64,000 nucleotides of DNA from positions 32,001-96,000 of the forward strand of contig CAWJSR010000002.1 in the NCBI GenBank assembly GCA_963845515.1, given 5' to 3'. Shown one piece after another: positions 49,721-58,434 of this stretch. The notes under the pieces were generated by a model, which was not told where the DNA came from, searched no databases, and saw nothing but the letters and a program-made list of their open reading frames with translations. The translations under genes were made by a program, and so were the position numbers. This stretch comes from an uncultured delta proteobacterium. Its GTDB lineage: Bacteria; Myxococcota; Myxococcia; Myxococcales; Anaeromyxobacteraceae. Positions within the stretch are counted from its first letter, which is position 1, and each line of letters begins with the position of its first letter.

Positions 49721-50467
49721 TCAGACGAACCTGGGCATCAGGACGTGGTTCTCGAGGTGCACGTGGCGGAGGAGGTCGGTCTCGAGATCCTCCAGCTCGC
49801 TCATCAGGAGCCGGTAGCTCCGGCAGCCCCAGTCCGGCGTCGCGTAGTCGTCCGTCTGCTCGCGCAGGTGGCCGATCAGCGTGCCGACCGCGAGGTGCTC
49901 CTCGTACATCCGGCCGAGCCCCGCCGCGACGGCGGCGCGATCGGGCGCGCGCGTCATGAGGAGGGGGAAGAGCCCTTGCTCCTCGTCGTCCAGGTGGGGC
50001 AGCAGCGCGGTGTGCAGCCGCGAGAAGGCGTCGAGCACCTCGGCGAGCTTCGGGTTGTGCTGGCCGTGGACCTGGGCGACCTTGGCGAGCAGGGGCTGGA
50101 TCGACGGCAGCGCGCGGCGCAGGTAGGCGTGGTGACGCCCGATGATCCTGGAGACGAGCCCCGCCACGGACAGCGCGGTCACGTCCTCGCCGGTCACCTC
50201 GCGGTCGAGGGAGCTGATGGCGTCCTCGACCTCCAGGAGGATCGCCTCGGCCGACTCCGGCCGGCCGCGGAGCGCCTCGTCGAGCGTCACGTCGCCGTGG
50301 CAGCAGAAGTCGATCCGGTGGGACTGGAAGACCCGCGCGCTCGCCGGGTGGCGGGCGACGATCGCCGCGACGGTGGCGGTCCGGTCGAGGATCCGCGCTG
50401 CGGGGGCGATGGAAGGGTGGGTCGGTGCTGCGCGCTGGGTCTGGGCTGCATTACTCTCGGTCGGCAT
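49721..50467 (-). CDS. ric: iron-sulfur cluster repair di-iron protein (Ric/YtfE/ScdA)
   Basis: IDFCCHG, I..RHHAYLR..LP, KV..VHG, HL..EE..LFP, EH, HVHLENHVL; SD aggagg. Confidence 0.88.
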   Translation of the reverse strand: MPTESNAAQTQRAAPTHPSIAPAARILDRTATVAAIVARHPASARVFQSHRIDFCCHGDVTLDEALRGRPESAEAILLEVEDAISSLDREVTGEDVTALSVAGLVSRIIGRHHAYLRRALPSIQPLLAKVAQVHGQHNPKLAEVLDAFSRLHTALLPHLDDEEQGLFPLLMTRAPDRAAVAAGLGRMYEEHLAVGTLIGHLREQTDDYATPDWGCRSYRLLMSELEDLETDLLRHVHLENHVLMPRFV

Positions 50468-50490
50468 GTCGACCTCCTGGCTCCATGAAA

Positions 50491-50506
50491 TGCACGGCGG
50501 GGGCCA
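50491..50506 (-). promoter_or_regulatory. sigma54 (-24/-12) promoter of the ric operon
   Basis: Minus strand TGGC-CCCCGCCG-TGCA, exact GG-N10-GC spacing, about 25 nt before the ric ATG with an SD in between. Confidence 0.7.
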
Positions 50507-50557
50507 TCCCTAAGCCACTGTGATTACGGTCGGTTGCACGGCGCTCGGCGGCTGGCT

Positions 50558-50586
50558 ATGTTCCATAGTGAAACGAGGTGGAACAT
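50558..50586. promoter_or_regulatory. putative enhancer (UAS) for the adjacent sigma54 activator
   Basis: Perfect inverted repeat ATGTTCCA-N13-TGGAACAT, about 80-105 bp upstream of the inferred start site, overlapping the activator ATG. Confidence 0.6.
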
Positions 50587-51592
50587 GGAGGTCGGTCCCA
50601 ACGGTGAGCCCTGCCGGTGCGAGGTCTGCGGGTTGGAGACGGTGGTCGCGTCCCTGAGGAACCTCACGCAGGTCGTGGCCGTGAGCGACGCGATGAAGGC
50701 GGTCCTCCTGCGCGTGCGCGACTTCGCCGACGCGGACGCGCCGGTGGTGGTCTTCGGCGAGAGCGGGACGGGCAAGGAGATCATCGCCCGCGCGCTGCAC
50801 GCCAACGGGCCGCGGGCCGACCGTCCCTTCGTGGCGGTCAACGTCGCGGCCGTTCCGAGCGAGCTGCTGGAGAGCGAGCTCTTCGGCCACGTCCGGGGCG
50901 CCTTCACGGGCGCTGCCACGGCGAAGGAGGGGCTGCTGGAGGCGGCCACCGGCGGGACGCTCTTCCTCGACGAGATCGGCGAGATGCCGCTGCCACTCCA
51001 GGCGAAGCTGCTCCGCGCTGTGCAGGACGGCGAGGTCAGGCGCGTCGGCGACACCCGGACGTTCGGAGTTGACGTCCGCTTCGTCTGCGCGACGCACCGG
51101 GACCTCAAGGCGCTCATCGCGAGCGGCCGGTTCCGCGAGGATCTCTACTACCGGCTGAAGGTCCTCTCCCTCCGGGTGCCGCCGCTCCGCGAGCGGCGCG
51201 CCGACATCCTCCCGCTCGCCCGGGCGCTGATGGCCGCCGAGAAGCGGCCGCCGGCCGGCCTCTCACCCGCGGCGGAGCAGGCGCTCCTCGCGTACGACTG
51301 GCCCGGGAACGTGCGCGAGCTGGGGAACGCCGTGAAGCACGGCAGCGCACTGTCCAGGGGCGGCGCCATCATGCCCGAGCACCTCCCGGACGAGGTGACC
51401 GGCGCGGCCGGCGCGGGCGCACTGGGCGCGGAGCTCCTGACGCTCGCCGAGGTGGAGCGGGATCACGTGCTGCGCGTGCTGGCCAGCGTGGGCGGCTCGC
51501 AGCTCGCGGCGGCCAGGGTCCTCGGCGTCGGGCGCACGACGCTCTGGCGGAAGCTGAAGGGCTGGGGGATCGCGACCGAAGCGGAGGCGTGA
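50585..51592 (+). CDS. sigma54-dependent activator (AAA+ and Fis HTH) with a short CxCxxC N-terminus
   Basis: GESGTGKE, ESELFGH..GAFTGA, LFLDEIGEMP, FREDLYYRL, WPGNVREL, AARVLGVGRTTLWRKL; N-terminal PCRCEVC. Confidence 0.9.
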   Translation: MEVGPNGEPCRCEVCGLETVVASLRNLTQVVAVSDAMKAVLLRVRDFADADAPVVVFGESGTGKEIIARALHANGPRADRPFVAVNVAAVPSELLESELFGHVRGAFTGAATAKEGLLEAATGGTLFLDEIGEMPLPLQAKLLRAVQDGEVRRVGDTRTFGVDVRFVCATHRDLKALIASGRFREDLYYRLKVLSLRVPPLRERRADILPLARALMAAEKRPPAGLSPAAEQALLAYDWPGNVRELGNAVKHGSALSRGGAIMPEHLPDEVTGAAGAGALGAELLTLAEVERDHVLRVLASVGGSQLAAARVLGVGRTTLWRKLKGWGIATEAEA

Positions 51593-51608
51593 GGCCCGCC
51601 AAATGGAG

Positions 51609-51636
51609 AGGGCCGACCCGCGGACGGGCCGGCCCC
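51609..51636. terminator. GC-rich hairpin between convergent genes
   Basis: gggccgacccg-cgga-cgggccggccc. Confidence 0.45.
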
Positions 51637-51657
51637 CTGACTGGAACCGCGCCGTGA

Positions 51658-54302
51658 CTACTGGTGCGTGCCGGTCACGGTGATGCGAAGCGTCTCGTTG
51701 AAGGACGTGATGTTCCAGTACGCCTCCGTCGGGCCGTCCTTGGTGCCTGCTGCCCCGCCCGTGAACTTGGCGGCGAAGACCTTGCCGTAGGAGAAGCTCG
51801 AGACGCGGGTGCGCATGACGCACTGCCCGGGGAAGGTGTAGCCGGCGGCGGCGGCGACCTCCGCGCAGTCGAGCGCGCAGGTCGTCGGAGTCTGCCCGTT
51901 GCACGGCTGGTAGCCGAAGGAGAGCCCCATCGGGTCCGCGTCCCACGAGAACGAGTCGAGCTTCACCTGGAAGGTGGCGCCGTCGGGCTTGGAGACGGCG
52001 TAGGTCGCGCTCTGCGGCAGGCGGTTGAGGTTCACGTCGGACGCGGTGGCGTACAGGGTCTCGGTGGTCGCCACGGCCGCGGCGTCATACGCGCCGTTGC
52101 CGTTCCGGTCCACGAAGGCTTCGCCGGCGTCCCAGGCGCCGTTGGCGTTCGTGTCGGTGAACGTCTCCGCCGGGAACGCAGGGCTCACGCCGAAGTGCGC
52201 GACCGGCGTCGGGCCCGGGTAGAGATAGGCGTCGAGCTCCTCCATCCATCGCGACAGGTAGTCATTCGTGCCGCTCCTCGCGAACGCGGCCCTGCCGACG
52301 TACAGCACCGCCGTCTTGGTCCAGATGTTGGAGTTCGCGTCCCAGACGCCGTTCGGCGCCGTCCCAGGCGCCGTCGCCGTCCGTGTCGATGAACGGCTCG
52401 TCGCTGTCGCGCGCGTCGTCGTCGTCGTAGTCGACGAAGGGCTCCGGGAGGTCGACGAACGGCTCGCCGGCGTCGTAGACGCCGTTGCCGTTCGTGTCGG
52501 TGAACGCCTCCTCGCCGGCCGTCCAGGCGACGACGGTGACGACGCCGTCACGGGGGTTGTGGGTGGTCACGCCGCAGGCGTCGGGCGCGCCGGTGGCGAA
52601 GCGCAGTCCTCGGGTGGCCAGCGGCGCGACGTCCTTCGGGAGCTTGCCGCCGAGGGTGTTGATGAAGTCGACCGCGGAGCCGAGCTGGGCCTGGCTGGTC
52701 GGGTCGGCCGCCGGGTCGTACTCCGGCGTCAGGGCAGGCGGGCCGACCGCGCCCGCCTCGGACATGAAGCTGACGACGCTCGACGTCCCCAGCGTGTTGC
52801 CGTAGCGATCCTTTAGGAGCGCCACGCAGGTGAGCTGGTCCTCGACCTTCGAGACGTGGCACGTCGTGTCGGCGAGCGCCTGCGGGATCTCGGTGCCGTC
52901 CTGCGCGGCGCAGACGATCGCGAGGTGGCCGGCGTTGGCCTTGGCCCCGACGATCGCGATGGTGGGCAGGTCGAACGAGCGGGAGACCCCGCCCGCGGTG
53001 GCCTTCGCGGAGACCCGGACCACGCCGGCGACGGTGCCGGAGTAGAGCTGCGCGTGGGCGAGGCCGTCGGCGTCGGTCTGGGTCGCCGACTGGACGCACG
53101 CGCCGCAGGGCACGCCGACGGGGCGGCGAGCGCGTCAGCCAGCGTGGAGCCGCCGAGCGGCCGGTGCTCGAAGGTGACGCGAGAGCCCGTCGGGGTAGGC
53201 AGTCGCCGGCGCCGTCCAGGACCTCGACCGTCAGCGAGTTCTGCTCCGGTAGCCGGAGTACTTCACGCCCATCACCGGGTAGAGGATCCCGTTCGGATCG
53301 AGGAGGCGGATCTGCCCGATGGCGGGCAGCGGCGACGGTGCCGGATCCCGAGACCGCGAGTCCCGCCAGCCGGGGTGTAGGTCGCCGTGATGGTCTGTAC
53401 GCCGGTCGACGCACCGCTGCCGGTGAAGGTCACGGTCGCGCGCCCCTGCGGGTCGGTGGTGACCGATCCGGTGGAGAGCGCGCCGAGCCCGGTCGCCGGC
53501 GAGAGCGTCACCGCGACCGTCGCGCCGGCCAGCGGGGCGCCCTCGTACGTCACCACGATCTCCACCGCGGTAGAAGCTCCCGCCTGGGCCGGGATGCGCG
53601 GGCGCTCCGGCGTCACGCTGATCCCGTAGAGCGTCGCGGGATCGACGCACTCGAGCGCCGAGCACCGGTAGCTCGCGAGGGAGGTGCTGCACGCCAGCGC
53701 GTTGCAGGAGGGCTCCTCGCAGTCCGTCTTCCCGTTGCAGTCGTCGTCGATCCCGTTGGTGCAGCTCGTCTCCGACGCGGCGCCGGGGCAGTTGCAGGTC
53801 GTGCCCACGCAGATGGCGGTGCCGGGGCCGCACGACAGGCCGGAGCAGCCCGCATCCGCGCAGTCGATCAGCCCGTCCGCGTTGTCGTCGATCTTGTTGG
53901 AGCAGGTCTCGACCGCGTCGAAGGTGACCGTGGTCTGGGCGACGCCACCGTCCTTGCCGACAGCCTGGATCGTCGCGGCCCCGGCGCAGCTGATGCTAGT
54001 GCGCGCGCTGCAGGACTGGAGCGTCACCGTATCCGGCACGGCCTCCACCACGACGTACTTGAGCCCGCTGGCGAAGGCGCCTCGGTTCGTCGTCAGCGTG
54101 AGCGGCGCGGCGCCGGCCGTCACGGAGATGGTCGTCGAGTCGACGCCGTCGGCCGTCACGTGCGAGTCGACGGCGACGATCGCCGGCGTGACGGTGAGGG
54201 GGCTGCCGCCCCCGGTGTCGCTGGTCGTCTCCTCCGCCGGGCAGCCCGCGGTAAGGACAAGAGCACTGCTGCTGCGGCTGCCGCCAGGCTTCGGTAGTTC
54301 AT
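51658..54302 (-). CDS. large surface lipoprotein with Ig-like domains, Cys-rich repeats and DxNxNG Ca-binding-like repeats; multiply frameshifted as assembled
   Basis: SD ggagggg, then signal and LTAGC lipobox (shifted); ADGVDSTT, ETCSNKIDDNADGLIDCAD..C repeats, TTDPQGRATVTF, HNPRDGVVT, GEEAFTDTNGNG..D.GEPF spread over at least five frames. Confidence 0.6.
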
Positions 54303-54439
54303 GCGTATGTCCCCTCCATTGGGCGATACATCCTCAGGGCTCCGGGTGAAGTCGTCAAGGAAGCCGCTCGAGCCCGCCCGCGTCCCACGCAGCCCTGGCG
54401 AGAGGCCGGCCCCTCACCCTTCCGGCGGAGCCGCTTCAA

Positions 54440-54468
54440 TTGAAACAGGGGCGCCGAACGAGTAGAAA
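54440..54468 (+). promoter_or_regulatory. possible sigma70 promoter of the menaquinone operon
   Basis: TTGAAA-17 nt-TAGAAA, 9 nt before ATG 54478. Confidence 0.45.
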
Positions 54469-54477
54469 TCGCGCCTC

Positions 54478-55998
54478 ATGCCCTATCGTTCGCTCCGTGA
54501 TTTCCTCGACCGCTGCGAGGCCGCGGGGGAGCTCGTCCGCGTGAAGGACCGCGTCGACCTCTCCCTCGACATGGCCGCGCTCGCCGATCGCGCCGCGAAG
54601 CAGGGCGGGCCGGTCCTCCTCTTCGAGAAGCCCTCCTCCGGCGCGTTCCCGGTGGCGATGAACCTCTTCGGCACGCGGCGCCGGACGAGCTGGGCGCTCT
54701 CGGCCGACGACTTCGAGGCGCACGCGCAGGAGCTCTCCGCGCTCCTCAAGACCGCCCCCCCGAAGACGCTCTGGGACAAGCTGGCGATGCTCCCGAAGCT
54801 GGGGAGGCTCGCCTCCCTCGCGCCGAAGCGCGCCTCCTCCGGCCCGTGCCAGGAGGTGGTGATCCGCGACCCGGACCTCTCGATCCTGCCGGTCCTCACG
54901 ACCTGGCCCCACGACGGCGGCCCCTTCATCACGCTGCCGCAGGTCATCACGAGCGATCCCGACACCGGCATCCGGAACGTCGGGATGTACCGGCTCCAGG
55001 TCCTGGGCCCCCACAAGCTGGCGATGCACTGGCAGATCCACAAGACCGCCACGTCCCACTACCGGCGCTACCAGGCGAAGGGCGAGCGGATGCCCGTCGC
55101 CATCGCGCTCGGCGGCGATCCCGCCCTCACCTACTCGGCGTCGGCTCCGCTCCCGCCCAACGTGGACGAGTACCTCTTCGCCGGCTTCCTGCGGGGCGAG
55201 GCGGTCCGCACGGTGACCGGCGTCGCCACGGGGCTCGAGGTCCCGGCCGACGCCGACATCGTGATCGAGGGCTTCGTCGACACCTCCGCGCCGCTCGTGC
55301 GCGAGGGGCCCTTCGGCGACCACACCGGCTTCTACTCGCTCGCCGACGACTACCCGGCGATGGAGGTCGTCGCGATCACGCACCGGAGGGACGCGGTCTA
55401 CCCGGCGACGGTGGTCGGCCCGCCGCCGGTCGAGGACCAGTGGCTCGGCAAGGCGACCGAGCGGCTCTTCCTGCCGATGCTCCAGCTCGTCTTCCCCGAG
55501 GTGCTCGACATGGCGATGCCGGTCGAGGGGGCGTTCCACAACCTCTGCCTCATCCGGATGCGCAAGGAGTACCCGGGCCACGCGAAGAAGCTGATGCACG
55601 GCCTCTGGGGCTCCGGCCAGATGGCGCAGACCAAGACGCTCGTCGTCTTCGACGCCGACGTGGACGTGCAGGACGTGCCGCAGGCCGCCTGGCGGGCGTT
55701 CGCCAACGTCGACGCGAAGCGCGACGTCGTGATCGTCGACGGACCGGTCGACGCCCTCGACCACGCGAGCCCCCACTTCGCCTTCGGCGCCAAGATCGGC
55801 GTCGACGCGACGCGCAAGTGGGTGGAGGAGGGCGGGCGCGAGTGGCCGGAGGTCTGCGTCCACCCGCCCGACGTGATCGCGCGCATGGACGCGCTGTACC
55901 AGCGGCTCATCCCTGGCGCGCCGGCGCCGCGGCGCCCGGAGATCGCGCCGCCGCCGGCCGCGTCCTGGACGCCGAAGCGTGGAGGCATCCTCCAGTGA
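54478..55998 (+). CDS. ubiD: UbiD-family decarboxylase (menaquinone biosynthesis)
   Basis: NLFGT, LPVLTTWP.DGGPFIT, NVGMYRLQ, EGPFGDHTGFY, VGPPPVED, KIGVDATRK. Confidence 0.92.
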   Translation: MPYRSLRDFLDRCEAAGELVRVKDRVDLSLDMAALADRAAKQGGPVLLFEKPSSGAFPVAMNLFGTRRRTSWALSADDFEAHAQELSALLKTAPPKTLWDKLAMLPKLGRLASLAPKRASSGPCQEVVIRDPDLSILPVLTTWPHDGGPFITLPQVITSDPDTGIRNVGMYRLQVLGPHKLAMHWQIHKTATSHYRRYQAKGERMPVAIALGGDPALTYSASAPLPPNVDEYLFAGFLRGEAVRTVTGVATGLEVPADADIVIEGFVDTSAPLVREGPFGDHTGFYSLADDYPAMEVVAITHRRDAVYPATVVGPPPVEDQWLGKATERLFLPMLQLVFPEVLDMAMPVEGAFHNLCLIRMRKEYPGHAKKLMHGLWGSGQMAQTKTLVVFDADVDVQDVPQAAWRAFANVDAKRDVVIVDGPVDALDHASPHFAFGAKIGVDATRKWVEEGGREWPEVCVHPPDVIARMDALYQRLIPGAPAPRRPEIAPPPAASWTPKRGGILQ

Positions 55999-56711
55999 CC
56001 CCCCCGAAGCAGGCTGTCCCACTCCCTGGCGAGGGAGCGCGCGCGGCGCAGGTGCGCGCGATGTTCGATCGGATCGCCCCGCGCTACGACCTGCTCAACC
56101 GCGTGATGTCGGCGCGGGTGGACCAGCTCTGGCGCCGCCGGCTCCTCTCCGACCTCGCGCCGAAGGACGGCGAGCGGCTGCTGGACCTATGCGCCGGGAC
56201 GATGGACGTCGCCGCGATGGCGCGCAGGCGCGTCCCCGGCCTCGCGATCGTCGGCGCCGACTTCTCCTTCCAGATGCTCTCGCGCGGCGTCGAGAAGACC
56301 GGGCTGCCGGCCAGCCAGGCCGACGCCATGTCGATGCCCTTCAAGCCGGCCTCCTTCGATCTCGCCACGGTCACCTTCGGCATCCGGAACGTCGACCATT
56401 GGGAGAATGCGCTCGTCGAGATCGCGCGGGTGCTGAAGCCGGGCGGCCGGCTCGGGATCCTCGAGTTCTTCCGGGCCGAGTCGGCGGGGCCGCGCTTCGT
56501 CCACGGGCTCTACAACCGCGTCGCGCTCCCGGTGCTCGGCCGGATCCTGTCGCCGGATCCCGAGGCGTACCGCTACCTCGTCCAGTCGATGGAGCGGTTC
56601 GCCTCCCTGCCGGAGTTCGTCGCCGGCGCGCAGCGCGCCGGCCTCCGCGACGTCCACGGCGAGACGCTCTTCCCCGGGGTCTGCGGCCTCGTCACCGCGA
56701 TCAAGGCATGA
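55995..56711 (+). CDS. ubiE: demethylmenaquinone methyltransferase (UbiE/MenG)
   Basis: VRAMFDRIAPRYDLLNRVMS, LDLCAGT.D, FGIRNV, RVLKPGG, AYRYL..S. Confidence 0.9.
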   Translation: MTPPKQAVPLPGEGARAAQVRAMFDRIAPRYDLLNRVMSARVDQLWRRRLLSDLAPKDGERLLDLCAGTMDVAAMARRRVPGLAIVGADFSFQMLSRGVEKTGLPASQADAMSMPFKPASFDLATVTFGIRNVDHWENALVEIARVLKPGGRLGILEFFRAESAGPRFVHGLYNRVALPVLGRILSPDPEAYRYLVQSMERFASLPEFVAGAQRAGLRDVHGETLFPGVCGLVTAIKA

Positions 56712-57295
56712 AGCTCGTCGTCGCCGTCAGCGGCGCCTCGGGCGCCCCCTACGCGAAGCGGCTCCTCGACTTCCTCTCCGCGAACGCGGAGGGGCTCGGG
56801 CTGCACGTCGACCTCGTCTTCACCGAGACGGGGCGGCTGGTCTGGGACCACGAGATCGGCGCCCCGCCGTCGTACCCCTGGACGGCGTGGAGCCCCCGCG
56901 ACTTCACCGCGCCCTTCGCGAGCGGCTCGGCCGGCTACGACGCGATGGTCGTCATCCCTTGCTCCGCGGGGGCGCTCGCCCGGATCGCGCACGGCCTCTC
57001 CACCGACCTCGTCGGCCGCGCGGCGGACGTGATGCTCAAGGAGCGGCGCCGGCTCGTGCTGGTGCTGCGCGAGACGCCGCTCTCGCTCGTCCACGCCCGC
57101 GCGATCGTGCAGGTGACCGAGGCCGGCGCGATCGTCCTGCCGGCGGCGCCCTCCTTCTACTCCCGCCCTGCGACGATCGAGGCGCTGGTCGACACCGTCG
57201 TCGCGCGCGCCCTCGACAAGCTCGGGCTCCCGAACGAGCTGATGAAGCGCTGGACCGGCCTGCCGCCTGCGGCGGAGCCCGCGGAGGAACCATAG
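56708..57295 (+). CDS. ubiX: flavin prenyltransferase UbiX
   Basis: VAVSGASGAPY, ASGS, PCS, RAADV.LKERR.L.LV.RETP, P.FY. Confidence 0.92.
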   Translation: MKLVVAVSGASGAPYAKRLLDFLSANAEGLGLHVDLVFTETGRLVWDHEIGAPPSYPWTAWSPRDFTAPFASGSAGYDAMVVIPCSAGALARIAHGLSTDLVGRAADVMLKERRRLVLVLRETPLSLVHARAIVQVTEAGAIVLPAAPSFYSRPATIEALVDTVVARALDKLGLPNELMKRWTGLPPAAEPAEEP

Positions 57296-58434
57296 TGGCC
57301 ATCTCGAAGCTCGCCCACCGCGCGCTGGAGCGCGACGGGCTCGGCCCGATCCGCGACAAGGTGCTCGCGGGGACGCGGATCACCGACGACGACGCCCTCG
57401 CGCTCTTCGCGTCGAAGGACCTCGCCGCCCTCGGCGCGCTCGCCAACCACGTGCGCGAGCAGCGCCACGGCGACCTCGCCTTCTACAACCGGAACGTCCA
57501 CCTCAACCCCACCAACGTCTGCGTGGCGATGTGCAAGTTCTGCTCGTTCGCGCGGAAGGAGGGGGAGACGGCGTCGCCGGGCTACACGATGACGGTCGAC
57601 GAGGCGGTCGAGAAGGTCCTGTCCCGCAGGCCGCTCGGCATCACCGAGGTCCACATGGTGGCGGGGCTCAACCCCGCGCTCGAGTGGGACTACTACCCGG
57701 CGCTCCTGCGGCGGATCCACGCCGCGTGGCCGGAGCTGACCATCAAGGCCTTCACCGCCATCGAGATCCACTACTGGGCGGAGAAGTACGGGAAGAGCTA
57801 CGAGGCCCTGCTGCGCGAGCTCCAGGCCGCCGGGCTCGTCACGATGCCCGGGGGCGGCGCCGAGATCTTCGCGCCGCGCGTCCGCCGGAAGATCTGCGAC
57901 GACAAGGCGACCGCCGACCAGTGGATCGAGATCCACCGGACGGCGCACCGGCTCGGGATCAAGACCAACTCGACGATGCTCTACGGCCACATCGAGCGGA
58001 TCGACGAGCGGGTGGACCACATGCGGCGGCTGCGCGAGCTGCAGGACGAGACCGGCGGCTTCCAGGTCTTCATCCCGCTCGCGTTCCACCCCGAGCACAA
58101 CATGATCGGGACGGCCTACCCTAAGCCGACCGGGATCGACACCCTCCGGACGCTCGCGGTGTCGCGGCTCTACCTCGACAACTTCGACCACATCAAGGCG
58201 TACTGGGTCTCCGCCGGCGAGCGGCTGGCCCAGACCGCGCTCGCCTTCGGCGTCGACGACCTGGACGGCACCGTCCTCGACGAGAAGGTCTTCAAGATGG
58301 CTGGCTCGACGGTCCCGTCCGCGCTGAGCGAGGAGCGGTTCCACGCCCTCATCCGCGCCGCCGGCCGCGTCCCGGCCGAGCGCGACAGCCTCTACAACGT
58401 CCTCGTCAGGATCCAGTCGAGGGGCCTCCAGTGA
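57295..58434 (+). CDS. mqnE: aminofutalosine synthase (radical SAM)
   Basis: HLNPTNVCVAMCKFC, EVHMVAG, IKAFTAIEI, PGGGAEIF, MLYGHIE, FIPLAFHP, HIKAYW, FGVDDLDGT. Confidence 0.88.
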   Translation: MAISKLAHRALERDGLGPIRDKVLAGTRITDDDALALFASKDLAALGALANHVREQRHGDLAFYNRNVHLNPTNVCVAMCKFCSFARKEGETASPGYTMTVDEAVEKVLSRRPLGITEVHMVAGLNPALEWDYYPALLRRIHAAWPELTIKAFTAIEIHYWAEKYGKSYEALLRELQAAGLVTMPGGGAEIFAPRVRRKICDDKATADQWIEIHRTAHRLGIKTNSTMLYGHIERIDERVDHMRRLRELQDETGGFQVFIPLAFHPEHNMIGTAYPKPTGIDTLRTLAVSRLYLDNFDHIKAYWVSAGERLAQTALAFGVDDLDGTVLDEKVFKMAGSTVPSALSEERFHALIRAAGRVPAERDSLYNVLVRIQSRGLQ

